Below are positions 9,201 to 19,085 of a stretch of DNA of 64,000 bases, one piece after another. The DNA comes from a virus, in IMG/VR virus record IMGVR_UViG_3300034101_003554, positions 77,042 to 141,041 of that record; one strand, written 5' to 3'. A program made the position numbers and the translations under genes. A model generated the notes under the pieces. It saw nothing but the letters and a program-made list of their open reading frames with translations, searched no databases and was not told the origin of the DNA. The stretch's first letter is position 1; each line of letters opens with the position of its first letter.

Positions 9201-11048
9201 ATGGGAGCATTATTAGAAAGCGGTCTTGTTGGTAACATTGGTTTAAAACACCTTAAAGTTATCAAAGAAGATACTATTAACAAATGGGATAGATTAGGAT
9301 TCCTTGATGGCCTTAGAGGTCACCTAAAAGAAAATGTTGCACAGTTATATGAAAACCAAGCATCATTCTTAATCAATGAGGCAACAGCTGATGGAAGTTC
9401 TGGTTCATTCGAAACAGTTGTATTTCCAATCGTTAGACGTGTATTCTCTAAATTATTAGCAAATGATATCGTATCTGTACAAGCTATGAACTTACCTATC
9501 GGTAAATTGTTCTACTTCGTACCTAAAATCCAAGGTTATAATGGTGGTGGTAATACCAATTCTGGTGAACATTACGGTCCGTTTGGCGCTCCAGGAGGTC
9601 CTAGTGAAGTAAACGCAGGTTATGGTGATAGTGCTGGAGCTTATCAAAAAAATCTTTATGATTTATTTTACGAAGGTAATGAACCTAGTTTAAATCCTGC
9701 CGGATTATTTGATTATTCTAAAGGTCAATGGTCTGCGATTACAACTGGTACAACAGTTCAAGTTTGGAGTAATGGTCTATTAACAGGTGCTACAGATCAA
9801 TTTACAGCTAACACTACTATCAGAAAAGTAATCGTTAAACTTTGTAATTTCACTAACTTAGGTGTTGGTAAACTTATTGCTCCTGATGGTAATGAAATTG
9901 ACACAGAATCTTTCTTGTCTGATTTGAAGCTTATGGCGACTAGCGCTAAAAGTGAATCAGCATTCTCATCAGATACTTGTGATGCAATATACAATGTCGA
10001 TGGAAGTAAAAAATCATTATTGTTTAGAGTTGTAACTCAACAATATGGTAAAGGTATTGTTTCTCCAACATCAACACCAAATAAAACTACATGGGCTTCT
10101 AATGGTGGTGGTGGAACATTCAATGACATTTGTGGTCAAGATGGTTGTATCTATTTAGAAGTTGACCTTTCTTGTCCAGTATGTGCAACTTGTGATAATT
10201 CTAACACAATTGATGGTTACACTGGTACAACTTTAACAAGTACTTTATCTGGAGACGCTTTCACAGCTGTTTGGAGAAGATACGAAGAACTTGAATTCGA
10301 AGATAAAATTGGTGAAGTTTCTTTCGACCTTGAATCAGTAACTGTTTCTGTAACTGAAAGAAAACTTAGAGCTCAATGGTCTCCTGAACTTGCTCAAGAC
10401 GTTGCAGCATTCCATAACATTGATGCTGAAGCTGAATTGACGGCTCTTCTTTCTGAACAAGTTGCTGCTGAAATCGATAGAGAAATCCTTCGTGACCTTA
10501 GAAAAGGTGCGGCTTGGAACTTGAGATGGGACTACAACGGATGGAGAAGAATTCAAAATACAACTTCTTACACTCAAAAAGACTGGAACCAAACGTTGAT
10601 TACTGCTATCAACCAACTTTCAGCTCAAATTCACAAATCAACTCTTAGAGGTGGTGCTAACTGGATTGTTGTTTCTTCTGAGGTTTCTGCAATCTTTGAT
10701 GACTTGGAATACTTCCACGTATCAAATGCTTCTCCTGAGCAAGACCAATACAACATGGGTATTGAAAGAGTAGGTACATTAGCTGGTAGATACCAAGTAT
10801 ATCGTGACCCTTACTTCCCACCTAACCAAGTGTTAATCGGACATAAAGGTACATCACTTCTTGATACTGGTTACATCTACGCTCCGTATGTTCCACTTCA
10901 ATTAACTCCAACAATGTATAATCCATTCAACTTTACTCCTATTAAGGGTATTATGACACGTTACGCCAAAAAAATGGTGAACAACAGATTTTATGCCAGA
11001 ATTACAGTTGATGGTGTTAGAACATTTGACTTACAAGAATTGAGATAG
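9201..11048 (+). CDS. Major capsid protein (T4 gp23-like)
   Basis: FPIVRRVFSKLLANDIVSVQAM, RKLRAQWSPELAQDVAAFHNIDAEAEL, YIYAPYVPL, PIKGIMTRY; biased codon use typical of a highly expressed gene. Confidence 0.96.
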   Translation: MGALLESGLVGNIGLKHLKVIKEDTINKWDRLGFLDGLRGHLKENVAQLYENQASFLINEATADGSSGSFETVVFPIVRRVFSKLLANDIVSVQAMNLPIGKLFYFVPKIQGYNGGGNTNSGEHYGPFGAPGGPSEVNAGYGDSAGAYQKNLYDLFYEGNEPSLNPAGLFDYSKGQWSAITTGTTVQVWSNGLLTGATDQFTANTTIRKVIVKLCNFTNLGVGKLIAPDGNEIDTESFLSDLKLMATSAKSESAFSSDTCDAIYNVDGSKKSLLFRVVTQQYGKGIVSPTSTPNKTTWASNGGGGTFNDICGQDGCIYLEVDLSCPVCATCDNSNTIDGYTGTTLTSTLSGDAFTAVWRRYEELEFEDKIGEVSFDLESVTVSVTERKLRAQWSPELAQDVAAFHNIDAEAELTALLSEQVAAEIDREILRDLRKGAAWNLRWDYNGWRRIQNTTSYTQKDWNQTLITAINQLSAQIHKSTLRGGANWIVVSSEVSAIFDDLEYFHVSNASPEQDQYNMGIERVGTLAGRYQVYRDPYFPPNQVLIGHKGTSLLDTGYIYAPYVPLQLTPTMYNPFNFTPIKGIMTRYAKKMVNNRFYARITVDGVRTFDLQELR

Positions 11049-11070
11049 TAAATCTTAATAAAAAATGACG

Positions 11071-11100
11071 AGAGGGACAAGTTTTTGTCCCTCTTTTTTT
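11071..11100 (+). terminator. Intrinsic terminator after MCP
   Basis: AGAGGGACAA-GTTT-TTGTCCCTCT plus T-run. Confidence 0.9.
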
Positions 11101-11155
11101 ATTAATTTAACATAAATAATTGATTTTATGTTCTTATTTCATATATTTATATTAT

Positions 11156-11836
11156 ATGAAAAGAATAGAATTAGATAAAAACGTTATTGATGAGATTATA
11201 CGATTATACAACGAGGAAATGTTGGGTAGTCCATCAATATCCGAAAAATTGGGTATAAATAGACATATTGTTTTACGAGTACTTAAAGAAAATAATATTA
11301 AGGTTGGAGTGCCTGGTCAAAAGTTTAAAGGTGGGAAATATGCTTCATATAAAAGAAATTGTCATAAACATAAAGATAAAAAAAATGAGTATCATAAAGA
11401 ATGGTCAAAACAAAATAGAAACAGACTTAATGAATACCACAAAGAGTGGAGAGAGAAGAACATTGACAAACATAGAGAGAAAAAACGTAACTACGAAAAA
11501 TACAAAAAAAGTACAGATCCAATATACAAACTAATATCTAATTTTAGAACTGCAATATACATTGTTCTAAAAGAGAACAAATTGGATAAGTATACCAACT
11601 ATTTCAATATGGTTGGGTATTCCGCATTAGATTTAAAAAAACATTTAGAAAAACAATTTATTGATGGTATGACTTGGGACAATTATGGTGAATGGCATAT
11701 TGACCATATTAAACCAATATCATTGTTTGTATTTGAAAGTGTGGATAATAAAGAGTTTAAAGAATGTTGGTCTTTGGATAATTTACAGCCAATGTGGGGT
11801 GTTGAGAATATAAAAAAAGGAAATAAACTATTTTAG
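11156..11836 (+). CDS. Free-standing HNH endonuclease (homing-endonuclease-like)
   Basis: WHIDHIKP...NLQPMWGVENIKKGNK; N-terminal HTH-like segment. ATG 11156 preferred over TTG 11120 because TATTTAT lies at 11144-11150. Confidence 0.8.
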   Translation: MKRIELDKNVIDEIIRLYNEEMLGSPSISEKLGINRHIVLRVLKENNIKVGVPGQKFKGGKYASYKRNCHKHKDKKNEYHKEWSKQNRNRLNEYHKEWREKNIDKHREKKRNYEKYKKSTDPIYKLISNFRTAIYIVLKENKLDKYTNYFNMVGYSALDLKKHLEKQFIDGMTWDNYGEWHIDHIKPISLFVFESVDNKEFKECWSLDNLQPMWGVENIKKGNKLF

Positions 11837-11886
11837 TTTATTTTTATCCAACTAATAGATATTTATAAAGAAAAAAATTAATCAAT

Positions 11887-13701
11887 ATGAAAAAATTATA
11901 TTATTTAGATGAATCTGAGAAAGAACGAATTCTCAATATGCACAAAGACGCAACAAAAAATAATTATTTAATTAAAAAAAATGATGATGAAAATTTAATA
12001 ATTGAACGTCCATTAAAAAAAGTTCGTAATTTTCTTTTTGGTACAGGTCCATATAAAAAATATGGTGGTGTTACTGTTGGTAGTAAAACCAAAGATTACA
12101 TAACTACATTACAAACGGAATTATCTAATAAATTAAATAGTTATTTAGATAATGGTGATATCTATATTGCCACAAAAAGAATTAAAGGTTCTGATAGTCC
12201 TGAGATGATAGAATGGAGAACAGAACTTATAGACTTGAAAAACGAAATTATAACTCTTCAAAGAAAGTTAAGAGACGAAAAAATGGAGTTAAGCATAAGT
12301 GATAAAGCAACAGAGAAAAAGAACCTTAAGATTAAAATTTCACTTTATGAGGATCAGTTAATTGAAACTCAAAAAAGAGCCGTTGAATTAGAAAAAAATA
12401 TTCTAAATTATAATACAATGAAACATGAAATCTATGGTGTTCAAGATGTTAAAATAATTACTTTAGAGCAATTAAAACAAATAATTGATAAAAATGTTCA
12501 AAAAATCGACTTGGATGAAAATGAGGAAGAAATTCTTGCTTATTTGTTTGAAAAAGAAGCAAATATAATAAATCCAAACGAAATTAAAATATCCGGTGAT
12601 TATTATGTCCCTATAGACTCAAGTAAAAAAATATCAAAATTAAATCCTAGTACAGACCCAGATTTTATAGATAAGTTTAAAAAAACTGCACCTAGTTATC
12701 GTGCTCACCCTAAAAGTGTAGGGAATAGAAAATTAGCTAGATGGGCAAAAAAACATCCAGTGCGTGCAATTATTTGGAGTTTAGCGATTATATCAAAAAT
12801 TGGAATTATTCTTTGGTATTTTTATACATCAGCAGAAATGTTTGGTAAGTCAATTGCAGCCTCATTTGATGGGTTTAAAAAAACTACGGATGGTGAAGGA
12901 GCTGATATGTATTTAGAAGAAATGTGTGGAGTACTACAAAATGACCCAAGTATTGGAAAATGGGTTGGGGATGATAAGAGTAAAAATAATTATGCTTTTT
13001 TAAAAGGAATTTTACCTAATATTGATAAAAATCAGTTTAAAGAACAATTAAATAGAAGATTTTTAATTCCCGCTAACATTTGTAAGTGTGTTGCAACTTC
13101 TAAAAACGAGGGAAAAGAAGGTGGAATCAACACAATTATTTATAATAAAAATAAAGATTTGTTTGACATTATGAAAAAACATATAACTTTTGTTATGAAC
13201 GATTCTGTCAGCGGTAATCAATTAAAAAGAGCTTGGGATGAGTTATCTAAAAAACAAATTGTAACTACTTTTAAAAATAAACAATATGGTCTTGGTGTGG
13301 ATAAAGGTACTGATGTATCAATTTCAGGAGCTGAAGCTATAAGATATGCAAGGTTAGATGATGTAACCGATCCAGTTTGTAAACAGAATTTTTTAAATGT
13401 TTTTACCGAAGGAAATAATTTTGATGTAAAATTACTTGGGGTGTTCTCACATGATGGTAAAATTTATCAAGAGACAACCTGGAATAAGGCATTAGTACCT
13501 GTTTTAATTTATCAAGCTTATGATGAAAATTATAATAAAAAATGGTATTTAGGTTGTAAGGTTATTAGTGAAGAAATTTTTGAAAAAGTACAAGAAATAA
13601 ATAGACTTGTTAATTCTAATATTTATAAGGATGAGTTTGAAGCAAAAGCAAAAGAATTTCAGGCTAAGGCGGATACAATTATTTCTATGATACAAAGATA
13701 A
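11887..13701 (+). CDS. Hypothetical 604-aa protein with coiled coil and one hydrophobic segment; candidate internal virion protein
   Basis: N-terminus LDESEKERILNMHK; hydrophobic AIIWSLAIISKIGIILWYFY; TATTTAT at 11860. Confidence 0.65.
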   Translation: MKKLYYLDESEKERILNMHKDATKNNYLIKKNDDENLIIERPLKKVRNFLFGTGPYKKYGGVTVGSKTKDYITTLQTELSNKLNSYLDNGDIYIATKRIKGSDSPEMIEWRTELIDLKNEIITLQRKLRDEKMELSISDKATEKKNLKIKISLYEDQLIETQKRAVELEKNILNYNTMKHEIYGVQDVKIITLEQLKQIIDKNVQKIDLDENEEEILAYLFEKEANIINPNEIKISGDYYVPIDSSKKISKLNPSTDPDFIDKFKKTAPSYRAHPKSVGNRKLARWAKKHPVRAIIWSLAIISKIGIILWYFYTSAEMFGKSIAASFDGFKKTTDGEGADMYLEEMCGVLQNDPSIGKWVGDDKSKNNYAFLKGILPNIDKNQFKEQLNRRFLIPANICKCVATSKNEGKEGGINTIIYNKNKDLFDIMKKHITFVMNDSVSGNQLKRAWDELSKKQIVTTFKNKQYGLGVDKGTDVSISGAEAIRYARLDDVTDPVCKQNFLNVFTEGNNFDVKLLGVFSHDGKIYQETTWNKALVPVLIYQAYDENYNKKWYLGCKVISEEIFEKVQEINRLVNSNIYKDEFEAKAKEFQAKADTIISMIQR

Positions 13702-13747
13702 AATAAGTAATGATATTGGTAGTATTACTTACGTAAGTAAATGAAAG

Positions 13748-13957
13748 TTATGATAAACTTAAAACTCTAATACTTTTTGATATTATTTCAGCTTCGGCTA
13801 ATGAAAAAGTACCTTCGTGGTAAGCATGTTTAACCGCTTGTACTAAAAAATAAATTGAGGAATCTTTATCTAATGTCTGGAGTAGTACATCTAGGTGGTT
13901 TTCGGATAGTAATGTTACGGTATTGAATAGTTTTCCATATATTTTTTCTTCTTCCAT
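13748..13957 (-). CDS. Hypothetical protein, 69 aa
   Basis: Fills the gap; normal composition. Confidence 0.65.
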   Translation of the reverse strand: MEEEKIYGKLFNTVTLLSENHLDVLLQTLDKDSSIYFLVQAVKHAYHEGTFSLAEAEIISKSIRVLSLS

Positions 13958-13971
13958 AATTTTTTATTAGA

Positions 13972-14865
13972 ATGATAAATAAAATAAAAGATATAGTCAA
14001 ACAAATTTTAAAAGAGGCTACAAGTAATTTAACAGGTAGTAGAGGTTCGTTTGTACCCCCACTTAGACAAGGTAAAAAAAATTTTGAGAAAACTCAATTA
14101 GACCCATATAGTGAGTCTGTATCAAAGTATTATAGTCAAGAATTAGCGACAGATAGTTATGATGGTAAAATGTCAACATCCAAGAAGGACATCAAAAAAA
14201 TTGAATCTAAGGTAAAAAAAACTTCAATCTATGCCAAGAATCATCCAGTGCAGAATGATGACGATGGTGAGGTAATTAACCCCTATCCAAAGGGTAAATC
14301 AAAGAAAATAAATGAGGCGACATTTGGATATGGTGGGGAATATAATGCACCACTTGAGATTGGGATGAAAAAATGGAAAAACCCTGAATTACAACCATTT
14401 TCAGATTTTGTTGATACTGAAGCAAATATAAATAAAGTTAAGTCAACAACCAAAAACAATATAAGAAGAACTGTTGGAATGTGGGAGAAAGGGAAGGATG
14501 GTAGTTATAAAATTGATAAACATTATGTCCATACGGTTAATGAGTGGGATTATGAAGAAGCTCCAATATTAACTGAAGATTTGGCTGTATGGTTTGGAAC
14601 AAAGAAAAAACCCAAGGGGTCATCACAACCAAAAGGACCTTGGGTTAATATCTGTAAAAAGGTAGATGGAAAACATCCCCCTTGTGGAAGGAGTGAGGCA
14701 GATACCAAGAGTTACCCCAAATGTAGGGCAGCAGGAGTTGCTGGTAAGATGTCAGATTCTGAGAAGAAATCGGCTTGCGCTCAGAAACGTAGGGCTGAAA
14801 AGAAAGACCCCAAAATTGGTACTGGTAACAAACCAACAATGACTTCTTATAAACCTAAGAAATAA
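13972..14865 (+). CDS. Hypothetical basic protein with C-terminal WF..WVNIC..PCGRS..YPKCR domain
   Basis: ORF track; N-terminal IVKQILKE motif; 4 Cys in the C-terminal domain. Confidence 0.7.
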   Translation: MINKIKDIVKQILKEATSNLTGSRGSFVPPLRQGKKNFEKTQLDPYSESVSKYYSQELATDSYDGKMSTSKKDIKKIESKVKKTSIYAKNHPVQNDDDGEVINPYPKGKSKKINEATFGYGGEYNAPLEIGMKKWKNPELQPFSDFVDTEANINKVKSTTKNNIRRTVGMWEKGKDGSYKIDKHYVHTVNEWDYEEAPILTEDLAVWFGTKKKPKGSSQPKGPWVNICKKVDGKHPPCGRSEADTKSYPKCRAAGVAGKMSDSEKKSACAQKRRAEKKDPKIGTGNKPTMTSYKPKK

Positions 14866-15279
14866 TTATTGTTTTATTTTATTAAGTATCACATCCAATG
14901 AGTGAACAATTTGTGACATAATTTCATCTTCATCTTTTTGACGTATTGTTTCAACTTTTTCATCATACATTTTTGTGAACCTATCATAATTTCTATCACT
15001 TATAACTATATCGTGATGATGAACGTGGTTCGTTATGCTTAATAATCTTCCATCCAATATTAAAAATAACCCCAAAGTTTTATTTATGATATATCTTTTT
15101 TTGCTTAAAAAAGTAAGTCGAAAACTAGAATCTGGATGTAGAATCAATAATCTTGCAATTGACATACATTTTTTTTGAGTCTCGGAGACTTTGTCATAAT
15201 CTGGGTTATTCATTTTTCTATTGAAAAGAACCCATTTAACGTAAGCACGTTTTAAAAACCTTTTTATAAATTTTTTCAT
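14866..15279 (-). CDS. Hypothetical protein under a host-type promoter
   Basis: 137-aa ORF with its own Bacteroidota sigmaA-like promoter. Confidence 0.7.
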   Translation of the reverse strand: MKKFIKRFLKRAYVKWVLFNRKMNNPDYDKVSETQKKCMSIARLLILHPDSSFRLTFLSKKRYIINKTLGLFLILDGRLLSITNHVHHHDIVISDRNYDRFTKMYDEKVETIRQKDEDEIMSQIVHSLDVILNKIKQ

Positions 15280-15303
15280 AAGATGTTATTTTTTGATTCA
15301 TCA

Positions 15304-15335
15304 CAAAGATAAAAAGGTTTTCTTATTAAAACAAA
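15304..15335 (-). promoter_or_regulatory. Bacteroidota housekeeping-sigma promoter (-33 TTTG, -7 TATCTTTG)
   Basis: Minus strand: TTTG (15335-15332), 20-nt spacer, TATCTTTG (15311-15304); ATG at 15279. Confidence 0.75.
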
Positions 15336-15364
15336 AAAAGGTAGAATATTTTTCTACCTTTTTT
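15333..15364. terminator. Bidirectional intrinsic terminator
   Basis: AAAAAAAGGTAGAA-loop-TTCTACCTTTTTT; ends the long minus-strand unit. Confidence 0.8.
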
Positions 15365-15382
15365 ATATGAAAAAAATAGTAA

Positions 15383-15853
15383 TTAACAATAAGGTGGTGA
15401 ACATTTCTTTTTACCATCTAATCCCTTGAATCTACCCTGACACACTTGTACAGCAAACGCATTAGAATATGCTGAGGGATAGACCTTATATTTAGCTTTT
15501 GCAGCTTTATATCCTCTTGAACATAATTCAGTTCCAGTTTTCTTTTTTCCCTCCATCATAACCACATCTTCTTCCTCATCATAGAATTCATCAGAATGTT
15601 TAGTTTCATTCATCATAAAGTCAAATACTTGGTCTAGGTTTTCTTTTGCCGTTGCAATATGGTCATCAGCCCAATCGTGACCACCTTGAAGTATTTTTTC
15701 AACTTGCATTGGGTCTAATTCTAATAACAATTGTGCTTGTCTTATCATTTGTTCAAGATTACTGAAAAACATATAGTTTTGTACTTTTCCATAATCTTTT
15801 TCGTTAACTATTTTTTTAACTAGATTGTTAAGTTGTGATTCTGTAATTCTCAT
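15383..15853 (-). CDS. Hypothetical protein (N-terminal ITESQL..LVKKIVNE, C-terminal YPSAYSN domain)
   Basis: ORF track; motifs as stated. Confidence 0.7.
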   Translation of the reverse strand: MRITESQLNNLVKKIVNEKDYGKVQNYMFFSNLEQMIRQAQLLLELDPMQVEKILQGGHDWADDHIATAKENLDQVFDFMMNETKHSDEFYDEEEDVVMMEGKKKTGTELCSRGYKAAKAKYKVYPSAYSNAFAVQVCQGRFKGLDGKKKCSPPYC

Positions 15854-15858
15854 ATAAT

Positions 15859-16041
15859 TTAATTGTTTAAACCATTAATTCCACCCAATGTGATTGCATT
15901 TAGTTGAATAACAACATTATTTTGTCCATCAGTCCAAATTGGATGTGGGGGAATGATTTCTTGAGTTGTACCACTACAAATTTCACATATAATAACTTCT
16001 GTATTTGCACTAGTACCTGTTGGATAAAAATAATTTGACAT
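15859..16041 (-). CDS. Small hypothetical protein with CxxC, probably structural
   Basis: 60 aa; TATTTAT on the minus strand at 16054-16060. Confidence 0.6.
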   Translation of the reverse strand: MSNYFYPTGTSANTEVIICEICSGTTQEIIPPHPIWTDGQNNVVIQLNAITLGGINGLNN

Positions 16042-16068
16042 AATGTTTTATTTATAAATATTTACTTT

Positions 16069-17535
16069 TTATTTATAGTTCACAATTTGGAACTTTATTT
16101 GTCTTTTATATGTGTTAACCTCCCCACTACTTTCAACTTTAATATCAATATAATATTCATTTGGAATTTTATCTCTTGTATCAAAGATGAAATAGTATTC
16201 ATTAGGAGTTCTATTAATTTGAGTCCAATCTTGAACTTGAACTTCAGTTTGTCCTTCTCTTACATATACACGATAATAAGCACTTACTTTTGGTAATAAT
16301 TTATTTGTTGTATAAGCTTGTTTAATAATAACACCAACTTTTCTTATATCGGTATTAAATATTTTTTCATCTTGTTTAATTCCATAATAATCAAATCCAT
16401 ATATTTTGGGGTCAATTGAATTTGTACCTATAGTAAATCCATTTTTAAATGGTTGTAATGTAAAATCATTAAGTACATTAGGTAATGGAAATCCGTTATA
16501 AGTTAATCCGGTCCATTTATCTGAGAATGTACAAGGTGTTTTATACCCAATAAGTGGGGGAATAGTTACTTCATACACCCCTTGAGTTTTTTGACAACCA
16601 GTTAGACCTGATAAACTTGGTATAACATTTCCACTATTGTCAAGGATTGCTACACTTGGTAAGTTGTCTAAATTTATTGGGTTACCATCTTCATATAAAT
16701 AAAGATATAACTTATTAACTTTTCCTAAAGTAAAATTATTTCTATCGTCTTCTATTAAATCATCATATGATGTCTCCAAATAAGGTTCATAAAATGTTTG
16801 TGTATGTCTAGTAAAGAATTGAACTTCATATGTATCTGACGCACCAATTAATAATTCCAACTGAGGTTTATAAGCAATAATCCAACCTGTAACTCCACTT
16901 AATGAACCATTTATAATTGTGTTTATTTCATTTGTCATATCAAATTCAATATTTTCATCACCAAATTCAAAATGTTGTGTATCAACAATAGTTAATGCGG
17001 AGTATGGATAAGACCCTATATTATTATTGTTATAAATCCCAGGTTCAGTCCAAGTATCAATTGTTGTTGTTTGATACCAATTTGATGGTCTATCTGAAAA
17101 ATTTCTATCAATTGTGTTTAATTCATAAACTAAATTTCCGTAATCATAACCAACACCTTCATCCCACATTTGAGGGATTGATTCGTCAAAATCAATTGGT
17201 GGAATTCGTAATAAAACCAAATCAAAGGATGTTGCACGTTTTCTACTTTGAGATGTGGAAGTATTTAATAATTCTTTGTTAAATGTAGAAGTATTTGTCA
17301 TTCTTAATGTATGTTTAACATTTAAAGAACAATCTAAAGATATAATTTTGTTATTATATTTTTCTTTTAATAAATCTAAATTAAGATTAAAAATAAATCT
17401 ACTAAATCCATTTGGGTATGGTGAAATTGGGGTATTACCATAAAAAAGTTCTGTCACAGGATTTCTCCCTGTATTGACAGAACTTTGAAAAATAATTGTA
17501 TTATTTTTATTGAAATATGAATTATTGATTGACAT
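16069..17535 (-). CDS. Hypothetical virion (possibly baseplate) protein
   Basis: 488 aa, beta-rich; downstream of the gp5-like gene; TATTTAT at 17552-17558. Confidence 0.55.
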   Translation of the reverse strand: MSINNSYFNKNNTIIFQSSVNTGRNPVTELFYGNTPISPYPNGFSRFIFNLNLDLLKEKYNNKIISLDCSLNVKHTLRMTNTSTFNKELLNTSTSQSRKRATSFDLVLLRIPPIDFDESIPQMWDEGVGYDYGNLVYELNTIDRNFSDRPSNWYQTTTIDTWTEPGIYNNNNIGSYPYSALTIVDTQHFEFGDENIEFDMTNEINTIINGSLSGVTGWIIAYKPQLELLIGASDTYEVQFFTRHTQTFYEPYLETSYDDLIEDDRNNFTLGKVNKLYLYLYEDGNPINLDNLPSVAILDNSGNVIPSLSGLTGCQKTQGVYEVTIPPLIGYKTPCTFSDKWTGLTYNGFPLPNVLNDFTLQPFKNGFTIGTNSIDPKIYGFDYYGIKQDEKIFNTDIRKVGVIIKQAYTTNKLLPKVSAYYRVYVREGQTEVQVQDWTQINRTPNEYYFIFDTRDKIPNEYYIDIKVESSGEVNTYKRQIKFQIVNYK

Positions 17536-17558
17536 TGATTCTCTTTAATCAATAAATA

Positions 17559-19085
17559 TCAATTAATTCTAATATTTTGATTTAATATACTATTTTCAGC
17601 ATTTGATAATAAAATCTCAATTTCAGCTGAGGATTGTCCATTTCCAGATGCGATTGGTACTGGTGGCAAAGTTGCTATTGGGTGAACGTGTCCAGTTATA
17701 AATGCCATCATTTTTCTTAATAATATTATCAATTGATCACCTCTAACCGTTGGGTAGGTTTGAATTTCAATATTTTCGTTAGGCTTGGTAAATAAATTTT
17801 GTTCTAATCCATATATTGATGTACCTAAATCAAGTTTACCATTTGGTCCTACAGAATCATGTGATAATAAATAAATTTTTTGTGCACCAACAATACCATA
17901 AGTTATTGGGGCGTCTACAATATCTTGTGGTGTGGATTCAATGGTTTTAAATTGAGCTGGAATACCAATAACAGGACTTCCATTATTATTACCTGAAACC
18001 AAAAAAAATCCACTTTTATTAATACCCCTATCAAGAATAATTTTACTATAAAAATTAATATAGTTATTTAATTGAGCTAAATCATTTTCATCATTTAGCT
18101 GAAGTAAGTTTCCTTTTCTATATGTTTGGTCTGATGGTGTAACAATAAATGGAAATACATTTTGATTAAAAATATTTTTTATAAAGTTATTAATTAGAAT
18201 AACTACGTCATCAAAACTTTTACCAATAAAAGTTTCACCAATACCAGTTTCTTTGTAATCAATTCCAATACTTAAGTTTGATATTGTGTTAATTGAAAAA
18301 TTTTTAGTGTTAATTAAATCACTATTTGGTATTATATCATATAATTTAACATATCCTGTATAATTAATTAAACTTTCTAAATTTTCAATATGCCAAACTA
18401 TCATTTTTTTTACAGCTAAAACTGGAAATTCTTGTATTATTTCACTTTTAGTCGGTAAGTCTACTACAGTTTGAGTGAAATTAGACAATTGAATGAATGC
18501 TTGTTTATTATTAGCTTTAGGAAATTTATTTTGATTTAATAAATTTGTTTTTCCAGCACGTATTAAAACTTCATCAGATTTTAAGACAAGGTCAGTAGAA
18601 CCTCTACCTAATATTGCATTATCTCCAGGTTCAGGGAATACACCTTTAGACACAGCTTCATTATATTCATTATTTGAATCTTTCAAAGCTATTGAAGCTT
18701 TAAATATGTCACCACTTGCCAAATATTTCATTGCTGGTAAGTAGTGTTCACCTTTTAAATTCATTGGAGATGACAATAACCCAGGAATATAAAATTGGTT
18801 TTGGAATTTAAATTTTTTGTTTTGATAAATTATATGAACATATTCATCTTTTTCTTTTGGTACAAAATAACAATAATAAGGTAATAATGGTAAAAAAATG
18901 AATGGGTCATTTGATTTCCATTTGTCAGTATCTTCGTTGAAGTTATTAGCTTTTTTTACCGCTTCATAATCAATTAGTTTTTCAGGACGTGCTCTAATTC
19001 TTCCTAATACCATTGGGTCATTTACATCTAGCACTACCCCAGGAAAAATTATTTGTTGTATGTTGTCAGCTGTTATTTCCCCCAT
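17559..19085 (-). CDS. Baseplate central spike/hub protein (gp5/VgrG-like OB-fold)
   Basis: N-terminal GVVLDVNDPMVLGRIRAR OB-fold signature; C-terminal GHVHP (HxH) tip motif. Confidence 0.6.
   Translation of the reverse strand: MGEITADNIQQIIFPGVVLDVNDPMVLGRIRARPEKLIDYEAVKKANNFNEDTDKWKSNDPFIFLPLLPYYCYFVPKEKDEYVHIIYQNKKFKFQNQFYIPGLLSSPMNLKGEHYLPAMKYLASGDIFKASIALKDSNNEYNEAVSKGVFPEPGDNAILGRGSTDLVLKSDEVLIRAGKTNLLNQNKFPKANNKQAFIQLSNFTQTVVDLPTKSEIIQEFPVLAVKKMIVWHIENLESLINYTGYVKLYDIIPNSDLINTKNFSINTISNLSIGIDYKETGIGETFIGKSFDDVVILINNFIKNIFNQNVFPFIVTPSDQTYRKGNLLQLNDENDLAQLNNYINFYSKIILDRGINKSGFFLVSGNNNGSPVIGIPAQFKTIESTPQDIVDAPITYGIVGAQKIYLLSHDSVGPNGKLDLGTSIYGLEQNLFTKPNENIEIQTYPTVRGDQLIILLRKMMAFITGHVHPIATLPPVPIASGNGQSSAEIEILLSNAENSILNQNIRIN

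Noticed and set aside
11120-11155. TTG start for the HNH gene given in the ORF track
   Set aside because: The extension overlaps the promoter-like motif and encodes an implausible peptide; ATG 11156 is preferred
13693-13700. TATCTTTG on the minus strand (host -7 box)
   Set aside because: No -33 TTTG at the right spacing, and it points antisense into a coding region
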